Assembly (NCBI RefSeq): GCF_009914755.1
Contig: NC_060938.1
Length of the DNA stretch: 64,000 bases
Direction: 5' to 3' (one strand)
Origin: the human T2T-CHM13v2.0 reference genome, Homo sapiens
Shown here: piece by piece, positions 27,703 to 45,149 of the stretch
Layout of the letters: every line of letters starts with the position of its first letter
Position numbering within the stretch: the first letter of the stretch is position 1
Translations under genes and position numbers: made by a program
Notes under the pieces: model-generated
Database searches by the model: none
The model's input: only the letters and a program-made list of their open reading frames with translations
What the model was told of the DNA's origin: nothing

Positions 27703-28127
27703 TGATTGAGGTCTCTGAGCCTGAGCTAAGCCATCATAACCCCTATGACATGCATGTATACATCCAGATGGCCTGGAGCAACTGAAGAACCACAAAAGAT
27801 GACATTCCACCATTGTGATTTGTTCCTGCACCACCCCAACTAATCAATCGACCTTGTGACATTCCCCCCCGCCCCCCTCCACTGGACAGTGAGTCTCATG
27901 ATCTCCCCACTCTGGACCTTGTGACCCCCGCCCCTGCCTGCAAGAGATAACCACCAGCTTTAACTGTAATTTTCCACTACCTTCCCAAATCCTATAAAAC
28001 TGCCCCACTCCTATCTCCCGTTGCTGACTCTTTTTTCGGACTCAGCCTGCCTGCACCCAGGTGAAATAAACAGCCTTGTTGCTCACACAAACCTGTTGGT
28101 GGACTCTTCACGGGGACCCACGTGACA
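27703..28127 (+). mobile_element. HERV-H solo LTR (LTR7 family, LTR7C-like)
   Basis: CTCTGAGCC..GCTAAGCCATCATA..CATCCAGATGGCCTG..; TATAAAA 27993-27999; AATAAA 28065-28070; ends CGTGACA; TSD GTGG(T) on both sides. Confidence 0.88.
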
Positions 28128-28267
28128 GTGGTAAGAGACCTGCCTCAGTCTCTTGAGCTGTTCACCTCAGAAGAGTTCCCTTGCTTCTCTGATCTTCTGT
28201 TTCATCTTCTCGGCAATGGAGATGACACCTACCTCATGGATTTTTTTTTGTGAATTTTTTCTTCTTT

Positions 28268-28732
<465 letters not shown>

Positions 28733-29485
28733 TAACAAGAGTATGAATAAGGTTTAAACACTGAAAAAATAAATCATCTCTGAGTTGCATTTAGTTGTGC
28801 CGGACCCACCACATTAACAACCTAAGAGAGCTCTGCCCCGTGCCCCATGCCACACGAGCCCTCATCCTGGGCCTACCTGGCTGGCTGCTCTCCCGGATGA
28901 TGGGGACTCTGCTCAGCGATCTCAGGTGGCAGAGCAATTTGTCCCAGGGTCTGCCCCCAGCAGTAGAGTGATGCCGTTGGGAGATCTTTGTTTTTATTCC
29001 CTCCTCTTCCTTCTGTCCATCTAGGATTGAGGGTCCTCTTCGTGGCCTCTCTCCTCAAGTGTGGTGCTCGTGCTCCATTTCTCACAACCCATTTGGATAT
29101 ATTTATAAACCAAAACACAGTTTCCATAGTCTGACTCACCCAGATCTCTTTCTCTAGCCCTGAGCCCAATCCCAAGTGCCGGCGGGAAATGACTAGCTAC
29201 ACGACCACCCCACCACTGATTCCATTTGTCTGAAAGTAAACCTTCACCTCAAAGTGGTTCCAACTCCCAACTATGACAGACTAGTAAATAAGGAATTTTT
29301 TTCATCCTTTACTCTCCTTTGTTCCCTATTTCAACCTTTTCTGGTCTGAATTGCCCCCACAACATGCGTATGTTGAAGCCCTTACCCTCAATGTGACTAT
29401 ATTTAAAGACAGGGGCTTTAAGGGAGGAAGTAAGGCTAAATGAGGTCATAAGGACAGTGTCCTAATCTGATAGGACTGGGCTTCC

Positions 29486-29804
<319 letters not shown>

Positions 29805-30056
29805 AGGACTGATTTCCTTATAAGAGGAGGAAGAGACACCAAAAACCTGTCGCTCTCTTTCTTTGTACACACAGAGGAAAGGCCATATGAGGACACAGCA
29901 AGACGGTGGCCATGTGCAAGCCAGGAAGAAAGAACTCACCAGAAACCCACTCTGCCAGTGGCATCTTGATCTTAGACATCCAGTTCTCAGGACTGTGAGA
30001 AAAATAAGTGTCTGTTGTCTAAGCCACCCAATCTATAGCATTTTGTGATGGCAGCT

Positions 30057-30394
30057 TGTATTAGTCCATTTTCATGCTGCTGATAAAGGCATACCTGAGA
30101 CTGGGCAATTTACAAAAGAAAGAGGTTTATTGGACTCACAGTTCCACGTGGCTGGGAAGGCCTCACAATCATGGCAGGTGAAAAGCACATCTCACATGGT
30201 GGCAGAAAAGGAAAGAGGGCTTGTTCAAGGAAACTCCCCTTTTTAAAACCATCAGATCTCATGAGAATTATTCACTATCACAAGAACAGCATGGGAAAGA
30301 CCTGCCCCCACAATTCAGTCACCCCCAACCAGGTCCCTCCCACACTGGGAATTCAAGATGAGATTTGGGTGGGGACACAGCCAAACCATAATCA
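30057..30394 (-). mobile_element. THE1 solo LTR (MaLR)
   Basis: TGTATTAGTCCATTTTCATGCTGCTGATAAAG..GGGGACACAGCCAAACCATAATCA; perfect TSD CAGCT at 30052-30056 and 30395-30399. Confidence 0.92.
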
Positions 30395-30611
30395 CAGCTC
30401 AAGCAGAATAACACACAACCTGTTACCAAAACTGGCTACCTCTTCCTTTACAATGGCTCTCAGAGTCTCCTCCTTCTTTCTAGATCTTCTCTTGTTGCCT
30501 GCTTCGTGTCTTCCTTCCCTGACACCTGGATTCCTGGTCCCACTTCTCATTACCGCTTCACTGCCATCCTTCTCTCCCATCTATCTGATATTCTAAAAAC
30601 ACAACATGTTC

Positions 30612-31020
30612 CTTGTCTCAGTCAGGATAGGCTAGGTTATGCTACAGTAGCAAATGACCCCAAAATCTCGGTGGCTTCACACAACAAAGATTGACTTATT
30701 CGCATCATGCATCCATCATGGACTGTCACGATTGAGTTCTGTCTCTGCCCCAGGTTGTTTCCATTCTGGGACCTGAGGGGATGGAGCAGTCCCTATGTGG
30801 GACTGTGTTGTTCTCGTGGCAGAGGGAAAAGGGAACATGGTGAACCATGCAATGGTTATCCATTGCTTTTGCCTAAAATGACACACATCCCTTCTACTCA
30901 TATTTCATTGGTAAAAGTTTCACACTTCCAAGTGTGATATCATCTGGGTAGGAATGTAGAATCCTTCCATGGGGAAGGGAAACAAATAATTTTGAAAACT
31001 GCAACAGTTTACCACCATAG
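30612..31020 (-). mobile_element. Old MLT1-type LTR
   Basis: AGTCAGGATAGGCTAGGTTATGCTACAGTAGCAAA..CCCCAAAATCTC..TTCTACTCATATTTCATTGG. Confidence 0.6.
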
Positions 31021-31828
31021 CCATTCCTGCTTGTCAGCTTCCTCTTCTCTCCTATGATGTAAATGCTGTGTGTTGAAGCCCTGGCCATCTCACTGCCCTG
31101 TGAATTCCACTCTTTCCAGCTCAGAACGATTCTCTTTCCTATGATCTTTAGTTGAGATTGTCATCAAGAACCCCCATCCCGGAGTTGTTTTAGGTGTCTA
31201 GCTGCCCAGAGCCCTTTAGGTGATCTTGTGATTACTCCTGGCCACATCTGACCGGACTGTCAGGAGGGACAAGTGACCAAGGATTGCTAAAGCACAGGCT
31301 CACAGAGGCCTAGGAGCTAGGCCAATCAGAGCCTCTCCTGGGAATTAGAACTACCAAATACAGAAAGAATGAACCACTTAGGGTAGTAGTTGAAGCTGAA
31401 AGGATGTCTAGAGGTGGAAAGAGAATCCTGGCTGGTGAAGTTATGTGTAAGTTGAAATTAGGAGAGAACAGGAGCTGAATGAGCAGAGGAAGGGTCATTA
31501 GAGACAGGAGCAGGGGACAGATGCACAGAGAGAGCAGGGATCTTGAGGGAGGGGTGAGATGGAGAGGCCTCCCCAGGCCTCGGAGCTGTCTCCATGACAG
31601 CACCAACCACTTGCACTCCTACATTAAATCCCTCCTTTCTTGAAACATGTGGAGGGGTCTCTGTCCTTACGATCGGCAAATCCTCAGTAAAGCCACTTTC
31701 AGTTTAGAGAAACCTCAGTTGTCCACTTGCTTCACATAGATTTTGACCTTCCCATTCAGACTTTAGGCTCCTAAAAAGCAAGGCTCATGTTTGTGTTGTC
31801 CATGAGCCTCCCACAGCATAGGCCCTAG

Positions 31829-32296
<468 letters not shown>

Positions 32297-32575
32297 TGAC
32301 TTAGCACACATTTCTGGGACCTCTGTAACTGACGTGGTATGGATCATGGGCACGGAGTGGACTTTTCAGAATTGCTGAAGCCCAGGCTCCAAGCCTCTCA
32401 TTCAAGTTCCCCAGAGTAAATTGCTAGGCCTCAAATGCAGCCTCTTAAAAATGGGATTAACATCTGGTTATGGTAAGGAATAAATAGTAAAAATGAAGAA
32501 CCGTCACAGTACAAGTGGCACAGATGCTTAGTAGCAACTGAGTCTTCATTTCTGCTTAACAAAATGCCCCATGTA

Positions 32576-32872
32576 GGCTGGGCATGGTGGTCCACATGTG
32601 TAATCCCAGCACTTTGGGAGGCCAAGGCAGAATGACTGCTTGAACCCAGGAGTTTGAAACTAGCCTGGGCTACATAGTGAGACCCCATCTCTACAAAAAG
32701 TTTTAAAAGTTAGCCAGGTGCAATGGTGCACATCTGTGGTCCTAGCTACTCAGGAAGCTTGGGTGAGAGGATCACTTGAGCCTGGGGGTAAGGCTGCCAT
32801 GAGCTGTGAATGTGCCACTGCACTCCAGCCTGGGAGACAGAGTGAGACTCTGTCTCAAAAAAAAAAAAAAAA
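32576..32872 (+). mobile_element. Alu (AluJ-like)
   Basis: Dimeric Alu with poly(A). Confidence 0.92.
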
Positions 32873-33250
32873 GCCCTATATGCTCAAAGCAACCTTAGCT
32901 CAGCCCCTTGTGAGGTGAGACAGGTAAAGTAGGCAGTGGGAGGAGCCGGATGGTGGCAGCTTGGCCCAGTGGCTGGCTTTTGCAGAGCCTGTGGGTGTCC
33001 TTTGACCTTCTTCCCCCATCCCTGTGGACTTCCAATTCCACAAGCAGAAATCAAGCAGTGGATGAGGTGGGGGAACCCAGGCGGGAGAGATCACATACAA
33101 AGTTTTTTCACGTGTGCATTTGTGCACATGCAAGAATCATTCAACAAAGAAAGTTTAGTTGGGGTTTGCAGACTGTTCATAAGTTGAAAGATGCCTACCC
33201 ATTTAGACATTTAGATTTTTCTGCCAGGAAAAGGAAAAAAAAAAGATTAA

Positions 33251-33294
33251 ATGGATGGATGGATAGATGATAGATAGATAGGTAGATGATAGAT

Positions 33295-33341
<47 letters not shown>

Positions 33342-33349
33342 GATAGATA
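33251..33349 (+). repeat. Compound (GGAT)n/(GATA)n tetranucleotide STR
   Basis: ATGGATGGATGGATAGATGATAGATAGATA..., directly visible. Confidence 0.97.
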
Positions 33350-33679
33350 TTCAGACAGTCCTTGCCAGTCAGCGTCAGTTGTGCTTTCTGGGAAGTAGTC
33401 TTGTTTAACATGACCCCCAGGAAGTGAGCAGAAAAGGCCTTTCTGAAAGATTTGGTCTCTGTCAGGATACCCTGGTTGCCTCCAGGTGGAGAGAGGACTC
33501 CTTGAACTCCTCTACTGAGAGGAATATCCAAGGGAGACTTCTGGCCCAGCCAGGCCAGGTAAGAGTTCCAGAAAATGAGCATGAGAAGAGAGGGGAACCT
33601 GCTGCTTTGGGGTTTCTGCTGTTTCAAGGTAGCCCTGACTGGGGCAGCCACCAGCCACCAGTGATAGACAAAAGAGGTT

Positions 33680-33682
<3 letters not shown>

Positions 33683-33722
<40 letters not shown>
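33683..33722 (+). repeat. (AC)20 microsatellite
   Basis: Directly visible uninterrupted run. Confidence 0.97.
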
Positions 33723-33724
<2 letters not shown>

Positions 33725-33893
33725 TGGCAAACAACATGGCTTGGGAATGGCTTTCACTCAGCACAGCAATCTCAATCAGGAACTACTGTGTCCAACACAG
33801 GATCGCATGGACTCCAGTTCATGCACTTAAAGATGTCGTGGTTAAATGTATGGACTCTGGAGGGAGTCTGTTTGGGTTCAAACCCCACCTTTT

Positions 33894-34032
33894 CAGCTGG
33901 GTGCAGTGGCTCACTCCTGCAATTTCAGCACTTTGGGAGGCTGAAGTGGGAAGATTGCTTGAGGCCAGGAGTTCAAGATCAGCCTGGGCAACATAGCGAG
34001 ACCCCAGCTCTACACAAATAAACAAACAAAAA
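33894..34032 (+). mobile_element. FLAM inserted in a MIR
   Basis: Monomer with AAAC tail; MIR core on both sides (GGGTTCAAACCCCACCT / CTCTGTGCCTCAGTTTCCTCATCTGT). Confidence 0.82.
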
Positions 34033-34428
34033 CCCCCAAATCTCACCTTCTCTATGTATTAGCTGCTAACCTTAAGTTGCTTAGCCTCTCTGTGCCTCAG
34101 TTTCCTCATCTGTCACAACAACAAAAGGAATTAGAATATTAAAGCACTTCAAATAGTTTCTGGCAAATTAGCAAGCACTACTTATATAGTTGCTACTGGT
34201 GCAAATAACAGCCTTTCTGAAAGGGAACCATCCGATGCTTGAAGGGATGCAGCGTTTCAAGGCCACGAGGATGTTGGTGGTTTTTTTTTTCACTTTCCAT
34301 CAGCTACAGAAATATAGGGGAGGCTAGCTGCTCCCCACATCTTCATGTCCCGATGTGAGGCTACAGGGAAATCGCTTGACTCCAGTGGCTGTCACCAAAC
34401 TCCTCTGTTCTTTGGTACTTGAAGGATC

Positions 34429-35210
<782 letters not shown>

Positions 35211-35366
35211 TCCCCAGCCTCACCGCACCCAAAGCCAGCATGCTGAGGCCTGCAATCACCCCAGACAGCCCCAAAGGTTTGTAACTAAACATGCTGACCT
35301 TCTCCCCTTGACTCTTGATGTTTTGGATTTGGTTAGCCAGAGGCTGGGGAAACAGATCCATTAAAT

Positions 35367-35410
35367 TCTGCGTAGCTTGAAAAACCCATCTGCGTAGCTT
35401 GAAAAACCCA
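35367..35410 (+). repeat. Perfect 22-bp tandem duplication
   Basis: TCTGCGTAGCTTGAAAAACCCA twice. Confidence 0.97.
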
Positions 35411-36714
35411 AGGCAGGGCAGGTCAGTGAAAGCACCTCCAATAATTCTTGTGGATTCTCTAAAAGGGTATGATTTTTCCAGCTCTGCCTGAGTATTGTAA
35501 CTCTTCACACTTTCTTGGGAAGGGTGAGAATGGACAGGAAAGACCAGTTGCTTTGCTGGACTTTGTGTGATTCCCTGCGGCAGGACCTTTGCCAGGGCAG
35601 CCACTGAGGGAAGGTAGCCAAGACTTGGAGCACCTTCGGGCTGTGAGCCTCATTCATTCCTGGAGGCAAAAGTGCCCAGGGCAGGCCTAGCTCTGGTGTG
35701 GGAGTCAGGAAAGAGAGGAGGTGCAGGGCCGAGGGGAGGATAAGGGGATCAAGGAGGTGATGAAGGAGGCTGGGAAAATAGCTATTGTAATCACAGACTT
35801 TTCTATAAAATAGGTAATTTATGTGTAGTGCAGAACAATGATCTTTTCATTAAGCTGAAAAGAAGCTGTGTATAGTAGTTAGGATTATATTTGGCTGTGT
35901 GTGACAGAAAATGTCAAAGTAATAGATGCTTTTTTAAAAATTGACCCTTATTTCTCCCTTTTACAAAAGAAGTCGGGAATTAGGCAATCCAGGGCTGGTA
36001 TGGCAGCCCAAGGCCATCAGGGAAGGAGGCTCCATGTAATACGCTGACCCTCCAACCTTAGCATGTCTCGTCCCTAATGGCTTTTCAGCCTCCAGCCAGG
36101 TACCAGGTAGCAGGAAAGGGCCTTCTCAGAGGCCCCGCATATTACCTCTGCTGACATCTCATTGGCCAGAACATAGTAAGGTGGCCACATAATCTTTTCT
36201 CTGGGTAGCTATGTACCTAGCAAAAACTGGGGACTTGTTATTAAGAAAAGACAAAAAGTTGGAGACCTACAGTGGTCTCCACTACACTGTATATGAAGGC
36301 AAGACAGTTAATTTCTACCTAAATTCCCAAATGTATCCTCAGGAAGAGAATGTTTCTGAAGCATGAATTCTTTGTGCATTGGAGGATCTTCCCTTTCAAC
36401 CTTCAATTGCACTGCGTGAAAACCACTCCTCAGGTTCTCAGCTTCAACCTCACTTTCTCAAGGAACCCTCCTCAGGCCCCTCAGTCTGCATTAGGCTTCC
36501 CTGTTTTATGCTCCCATTGCACCTTATGCTTCTGCTTCAAAGCCTCTGCACCCTGGTCATTATTGACTCATCTGGAATTATGTGTGTAAGGGCTGTCTTG
36601 CCTGTAATCTAAACTGTAAGCTCCCTGAGGGCAGACTCTGCTTCACCCTCCACTGTCTTCCAATGTGTGGCACCTAGTAGGCCCTCAATAAGTATTTGTT
36701 AAGTGATTGAGTGA

Positions 36715-37066
<352 letters not shown>

Positions 37067-38039
37067 AACCTTTTCTTTCTTTAACTAGACTTCCCTGGCT
37101 GAGACCAAGACAAAACCAGATTCCCCTGAGCTGTGCACCTGCCGGGACTGGAGCAGCCCAAATGCCCATGGGAGGGCTGTTGACTGGGGCTGTCAGACCA
37201 GGCTCTCCGAGGAGGACTCCCACACCCACAGCCAACTCCACTTTACAAAACCAGCTCCAGCCAGAAGTATGCTCGGGGGGGCAGGAGAACAGAAACTGCA
37301 GTAGTGTGGGTGGATTTTAAATCTGCAAATGCAACTGGCTGCCCAATGTTTGGGAGATAAAATAGGTCACTATCCTCCCCTTGGTTCGGCGTCACTCCCA
37401 GGCCCTAAAGGGGAGGGAAGAATTTTGTGATCTTTGCTGTCACAGGCTATGGACAAATTTGGTTATGTTCAGCTTTACAAGAGCTGCCCGCCCACCTGAC
37501 TCTTGTTCACAAGACCCCTAAAAATCAGAAAAAGATCAGTCCAGGCTGTTCAGAGTTGGATGGGGAATCTTCCTGAGGACAGTTTTTAAAGAGTCCATTT
37601 TGACACCAGCCAAGACAAAAGCCAGGACCCAGAGTCTAGACAGCTCCCAAGCCTGCCGTTTTCAACTTGGCCTTAGGATGGAGTCTTCTGTTCTCTGGCA
37701 ATGAATGACAGGCTTTTAAAGGAGTGACAAAGAGCAAGCCCTGGAGAGAGCCCCATGAGGCCTTGGGGTAAGGGCTTCCAGGACTGTTCATGAGAAGCTG
37801 TGCATGTCTCCCTCCAGCTTCCCCAGATGAGACACCAAGATTGAGAAGTGAAGAGTCATCTCCAATTTGGCAGACATCCTGACCCTCCACACTCACCATT
37901 CTGATATTTAGTCATTACCATCCTGGCATAGTTAACCACTTCTCCTTCTGACTGAGAAGCTGAAAGTGATATTCAGCCTGGGTGTGATGTGGGGATTTTC
38001 TGGGACAGGGCGGAGATGATGAGATGCTGGAGTTGCATG

Positions 38040-38195
38040 AGCTGGTCATTACAGTCAAGACTTGTGAACCAGTTGTGAAACCCTTGGTAACCTGAAATCT
38101 GCTATGGTGGGAGTATTTACACTACAGAAATTGGCCAATGCTGCAAATCAGGGTTTCTTTCTTTTTTCAGTGAGACACTGCACCAGCACACACTG
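38040..38195. mobile_element. hAT MITE (MER63-like), opposite orientation to the 21.9-kb copy
   Basis: TGAAATCTGCTATGGTGGGAGTATTTACAC..GAAATTGGC..AATGCT..CCAGCACACACTG. Confidence 0.55.
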
Positions 38196-40987
38196 CATTA
38201 CTCACGCAGGAGGAGCTCTGGGAGGGCGGGAGAAAACCATGGGTGAGCAGAGTTGAGGATGTTTGGTGCTTCCCCTGATGGCTTCATCATGTCATCTTTC
38301 TTGGCTCTTCATGGTCAGTGTTTTCTCCGTGGAAACACCAAGAGATTCTACCTCTGCTCCGTCAGCAAACAAGGAAGTCATTGATTTTCATGGCCCCTGT
38401 GCTAGAGAACTCCAAGAGCCCAACTTCTTCAAGCAGCAGGCCCATTTTCTGGTGGAGAAGAGAGAAGGCAAAGCCAGGGAAGGGCATTTAATAGTGACAA
38501 CTCAGCGAAAAGTAGAGGCAGCCCAATGATCAAAGGTGTCTTCCTTCAAAGCCCCTGAGTGAAAACAGCAATCCATGCTTACCGATGAAGGCCACAGGTG
38601 ATGTTTCTTATGTGAGTGCATCCATCTGCTTCAGGTCATATTTTCAGAGGTCATACAAGGCTGAAAGGAAGCAAATCATTTTCATGAGAAGGATAATAAA
38701 TGAGACCAGGATTGGTATCGAGAAAAGTTTTTAGACATTTCTGAGCTGGCCAGCCTGGGGAAGAAAGTGCTTCTAGATACACAGATTTCCAGGACTCTCC
38801 CTGAGAGGGTTAGATTCTGGGGGTCTGCAGATGGGGCCAAGAACCCGTGTTTTAAACAGCCCCTTCCTCACCCCGTGATCCCGCTGATGGCAGCCTGCGG
38901 ACCGCACTTGGAGGAACTGGTCTAGTGAGGGTCCTCGGAGGGCGTTTTGCAGTGGGTGGAACTGAACTCTGAGTGGGATCTTCCTTCAGTACCTAGGCCC
39001 TGCCCTGCCATGGCTATGGATCTTCAGCACTCATCCTTGGGGACTGGTGCTGGGTGTTACGGGAACAGCATAAAAACACAAAACAAAAAAATTCCATTTC
39101 TCACCACCGGCGGTGAGAAATGGGGGTGGAGCCTGGAACTGTGGTCACAGGGCTCCAAGAGGAGCAGCCAGGATGCCATTGCACAACCAGCCACCTCTAA
39201 GAGAAGCAGGACCAGGCCCAGGGCTAAGCCTTCACAAGCCCTGCCGCCAGCTGCCAGCCACCCTTCCTCCCTGGGAGAGCCAGAAAGGGAAGCATAGTGA
39301 AGCCCTACATGGTGGCCTCCATCAACAGGGAGGCCCCTCTCCTCCCTCTGCCGCAGCCATCCTACTTTCGGCCAGAATGTCCCAGGGCCAAACTGAGGAC
39401 AGGGCGGCCTCTCCAGAATCCTGCCCTTAGGGGCCCTGCCAGAGACTGGTTTTTCTTGTTGGAGGCACCTCTGCACAGTTTGCATTTATAAGGCCTGAAG
39501 AACTCATCCCAAGAACCCAAGCCCACTTGCAAAGATGGGATAGAGAAGGGGCATGGCATTCCACAGATGGGCTCACTCTGGAGAGGAGCTACTGACCCAG
39601 CAGCAGTTCCCCCTCCCTCACCCCTGCTCACCACCCCAGGAAGACATCCGAATCCCCATCAAATGGTCCCTGCCAAGAGCATCGTGGTAACATGGGGAAA
39701 GAGAGGATGCTAAGTTGCCCCTCTGCCCACTGGACTCCGTCTCATCTGAGGAGAATTCCACAGCAGCCCCTTCTGGGCTGTGCTCTTTATGTCTCTAAGC
39801 CACTTCCTGTTTCCTTTTCTAGGTCATAAGCCAGGCTTATAGTTGGTGTGAGTCACTTACCTAGGAAGCCCAGAGCACACGGCTGCCTCTCAGGGAGGGA
39901 GCAAAGGATACAGCTTAGAAGTGCAAGGCACTGGTTTGCTCCTAAAACACATAGATTGTCCTAGACTTTTAGCAGTGCTGTGTACCATGGCCCCCAAGCA
40001 ACGCACGCCTGGGAGATCCGTGATTTGCCCAATTTGCGTTCCTCTGCTGATGCCAGGCTTTCAGTTCCCAGGAGGCACCGGACAAGCGTAGTTTTGCAAA
40101 TGAAACATTGCTTTGCCAAGGGGCTAGGCCTATCAGACAATCATCAGGCAACAGCCAGCAGGCCCTGTGAAAGTCATGGCCAAGAAGCCATTCAAAAGCA
40201 TTGTCTTCTAGTAACTAAATTTCAAATCCAGGGGGAAACCACAGCTCAGACATCGGCCAGTGTTCAGCAATCTGGATTCACAGGGAAACGGACAGGAATA
40301 GATTCTGCACAAGTCTATTGTGCATTGTTTTCCCTTCATGACATCTAGGCAGTTTATTCCTCCTGACTTCCACTACTCACTGCATGAGGATTATTCTGTG
40401 GAAACCAGAGTACTAAGGACGAGGCGCTGGATGATTTGGTCAAAGTCAAATGTGCCAAGTCAGCATCGAGCAGCTATTTTTGCCTTCCAATTCCATTCCC
40501 TGAACTTTTTTTCTGTGAAAGTGTCTTGTAAGCTGGAACACACCTGAGGTGGCAGAGGAAAAGCAGAGTTCGAATCTCTTCCCCAGGCCTCTGAGTGAGT
40601 TTTGCATTCAGGGATGATACTGGGGCAAGGGGCTTGAAAGGTCCTGATGTTGCTGACACCCACATAAAACACTTTCTGCAGCAGGGAAGGGAAGGGGAGA
40701 GGAAAGAACAGGCAGAGAAAGACCCAGAAACTCAGATCAGCCTAGGATGAGGGTAGCTGTCCTGAAAACAATCAGAAATCCAGAGTCCTGACTCTCCAGC
40801 AGGTATGGTCTTGATCCTAGTGAGATTATCTTCAAAGAGAAAACAAACTCTAGTCATGCAGAGAAGCAGCATTGTTCCATGCAGATCTATAAAAAACAAC
40901 AGAAAGAGCATCATCCCCTTAATTATTGAGGGAATAGGAAAATAGGAATCCGCATACCCTGCTGTTGAGAATATAAACTGGAAAAAC

Positions 40988-41730
<743 letters not shown>

Positions 41731-41821
41731 ACTATCACAATCCTTTAAAAGGTCATAAGCTTTGACCTAGCAATTAAATTCTTTGGAACATATCCTAAGG
41801 AAATAATTAAGAAAATCACCT

Positions 41822-42273
<452 letters not shown>

Positions 42274-42623
42274 AAAAATTATAAACAACATTAATCTCCA
42301 ATAATAGGCAACTCATTAAATAAATAATAATACAACTCTACAAAGGAATATTTAGGCACTTAATATCGTTTAAATGTATTTATTGACATGAAAAATTTTC
42401 ATGATTTAGTATTACATGAAATAGAGTAACAAAGCAACATGGACGGTGTGAGCCCATAACTATTTATATATGTATATGCATGCAAAGAAGAAAGTTTGGA
42501 AATATACCAAAAAACAGTGATTATTTCTGGACTACAGGTGGCTTTTAAAAATTATCTCTTTCTTGCAGTTTTATGCTTTTTTTACAATGAGCATATATTT
42601 TTCTCAGTTAAAAAAATTTTTTT

Positions 42624-42987
<364 letters not shown>

Positions 42988-44119
42988 TCAAAGTGTTAAG
43001 TGTAATGAGTGCAAAGGAACCACAAGTCCCTTCCACTCTTCTGGGCTAAAATGCCACCATTAGTAAGGTTAAATACCTATTTTATCTTCACCACTGAGAG
43101 CAACTCTCAAGCCCTTCATTCACTTAGCTTCAGGGCTCAGTTCTGACATAGTGCTCTGGCTTTAAGGAAAGATGTACCTTTTTATCACAATGTTTTTCAG
43201 GATTTTCTCAGAGTTGCTGGGCCTCAGAACTCTCTTCTTTTGAGTCCTAATTTGGATAATTTGGGAAACTGCAGCCACAGGTCCTCCCTCCCTTGAGATT
43301 GGCTGAGTGAGGCAGACTACGCCTACAGCGCAGAAAGCAGGGCAGGAAATCATACTCTAATCATAGGTCTTTATTCAGAAACCCAGCAGCCTCACTACCA
43401 AATAACCTCAGGAGTCCTAAAGCCTCAGTGTCCTGACCTATAAGATCAAAGAGTCTCATGTGATGTCCCCAAGTGGACTTTTAATAAAAAGTAGCACTGC
43501 CAGTTTCTGTTTTGACCTTCCAACCACAGGATCATGCCAACATTCAGTAGTAAATGCATTTTTTTTTCCTGCCAAATCGACTCCTTGTTCTTTTCAACAC
43601 ATCCTCACACAGAGGGAACAAGCCACTGAGGTTTCCTGTTGAGGAAGGTTCTTTGGTGTTCTGTGAGGAAACCATATATTCAAAGAAACCATGTGTAAGT
43701 TTTCTGTGTAGTAGGACAGAACTACCTTAATTTAACTTGATGTCTTTTCGACAAACCATGTACCCCTAACATGAAGAAATGGAAGGAAGGTGTTTATTTT
43801 CATCCCAGCTCTTACTCTGCTGCATTGTTCCTGTGTACATTTCTCTTATTCCACAGAGTAGGAGCTTCTTGAGGACCATGACAGTCATTTATTTCTCCCT
43901 CCCTGCTCCTGGCACTAGCAGGACCTCCCTTCCTCCCTCTTAACAAAGTTTTCAGTGAATAAGTGAATGAATGAACTTTCCCCTGTTTCCTTATGGGTTT
44001 CAACCAGCACAGACTACCTGCCTTTGTTAAAATGGTTCCTGTGTGTCTTTGTCTCTACGGGCACTGTGTTTTATGGGTTTCTCGAAACCTTCCCATGCAC
44101 ACAGTAGTGTAGCAGTAAG

Positions 44120-44300
44120 ATCAGCTACATACATTGTAGGACCCACTGAAAAATGAAAATGCAGGGCCCCTTGTTCAAAAATTATTTACAATGTCAAATT
44201 ATTCAAAATTAATAAAATTAATTTTTAAACCCTAAATTAAATAGTAAATGATTAAGAATTTCAAAGCTTTGCAGGGTACAGCAGCACAGGCAAGCCTGGT
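44120..44300 (+). mobile_element. hAT-Tip100 MITE (MER45-like) with AT-rich insertion
   Basis: AAAATGAAAATGCAGGGCCCCTTGTTCAAAAATTATT...ATTAAGAATTTCAA. Confidence 0.55.
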
Positions 44301-45149
44301 TCTCGTCCACCACATGGCTCAGCTTCCTGTTCCTCCCCTCTGCTCGGAGTCACAGTCCCGAGGCCAGCGGGGTGTTTACCGACTTGGGCCTACCCACACC
44401 CTGCCCTGCATCCTGTCACCAGAGTTTCATTTGGAGTCCTGAGCAAAGGTCTCCAATTGCTGATTCTACTGCCAACAGAAAACACTCTCCCCCTTCTGGA
44501 TGTGTTGGCAGGAAAACCAAATTTTTATCTCTCCAGGTCAGCTAAAATCTTGAGGCCAGTTAACTTTCCCAGTGATCTCATCCGAATCATCCTTCACTTC
44601 TGCCCCCAGTGAAACTGAATCTGCACTCTGCCCGACTCTCAGCCCAAGTGAGGTGCCACACCCACACCTCACTTGTCTTCTACTGAGGCCTTTCCTGATA
44701 ACCCGTTTCCCTGGGTTGCCCTCTCTCACCCTTGAGACCCCTGTTCAGTTGTGAACAGTCTCTCCATTCTATGGCTGCAGACTCTTGACTGAAATCTGTT
44801 TGCCTCCATCAAAACTAGATGTTTCCAAGGAAACCACCTGCCCCTGTGTGGCTCTAACAGTTCCCAAGTGGAATCTTCCAGTGCCTCTCCCCACTGCCAG
44901 ATCTGCCATCACCACAGAAAAGCTGAATTTTCATGTGTGAATCAGCCAGTATCCTGGCCTCAAATTTGTTCACCTCCTTAACTTTGGTGACCATTGTCTC
45001 CTCTCCACCTCAGCCATCTCTATATCCTGTACATTCTCAAAACTCAGAACTGAAATGGTAAACTTCAATATCCCTAAACTTATTGAAAACACACAAACTC
45101 CAATATCCCACATTCTCATTTCAATTCCTTGGTTTCCAGCATTCATACT

